Part shown: positions 63,945 through 64,000 of the stretch, piece by piece
How the letters are laid out: every line of letters starts with the position of its first letter
Numbering within the stretch: the stretch's first letter is position 1
Source of the DNA: Octopus bimaculoides
Taxonomy: Eukaryota
Reading direction: 5' to 3'
Assembly (NCBI RefSeq): GCF_001194135.2
Contig: NC_068983.1
Coordinates: 34,761,320 to 34,825,319 of the forward strand
Length of the DNA: 64,000 nt
Position numbers and translations under genes: made by a program
Notes under the pieces: model-generated
The model's database searches: none
Told to the model about the DNA's origin: nothing
The model's input: the letters and a program-made list of their open reading frames with translations, nothing else

Positions 63945-64000
<56 letters not shown>
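63940..64000. repeat. (TG)n microsatellite
   Basis: Directly visible. Other long (TG/CA)n tracts are at ~10920, 12420-12480, 13715-13810, 48565-48615 and 55830-55920. Confidence 0.95.

Overview
This is AT-rich eukaryotic DNA from a draft assembly. It has about 15 N-gaps, most bordered by (TA)n or other microsatellites. The SINE families and microsatellite load point to an octopus (inference, no database search run). I found no host protein-coding gene I can name; there are only a few weak exon candidates. Most listed ORFs are artefacts of N-runs or microsatellites. The window is mostly decayed mobile DNA: (1) at least four tRNA-derived SINE families; (2) decayed DNA transposons, namely a mariner with both TIRs, Tc1, maT/DD37D-like, Chapaev3-like, a pogo/Tigger-like MITE and fold-back elements, one carrying (TTAGGG)n; (3) retroelement fragments from Ty3/gypsy pol, R4/Dong-like and HERO-like RLE LINEs, APE LINEs and Penelope-like RTs. 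The strongest observation is a family with four tail copies at three loci. It joins a tRNA(Arg)-like Pol III head, an (AAT)n spacer and a Penelope-type minimal hammerhead ribozyme tail. One copy (61400-61445, minus strand) has an intact catalytic core. The insertions show 5' inversions, and two are flanked by short direct repeats. All protein and family assignments are by-eye motif recognition.
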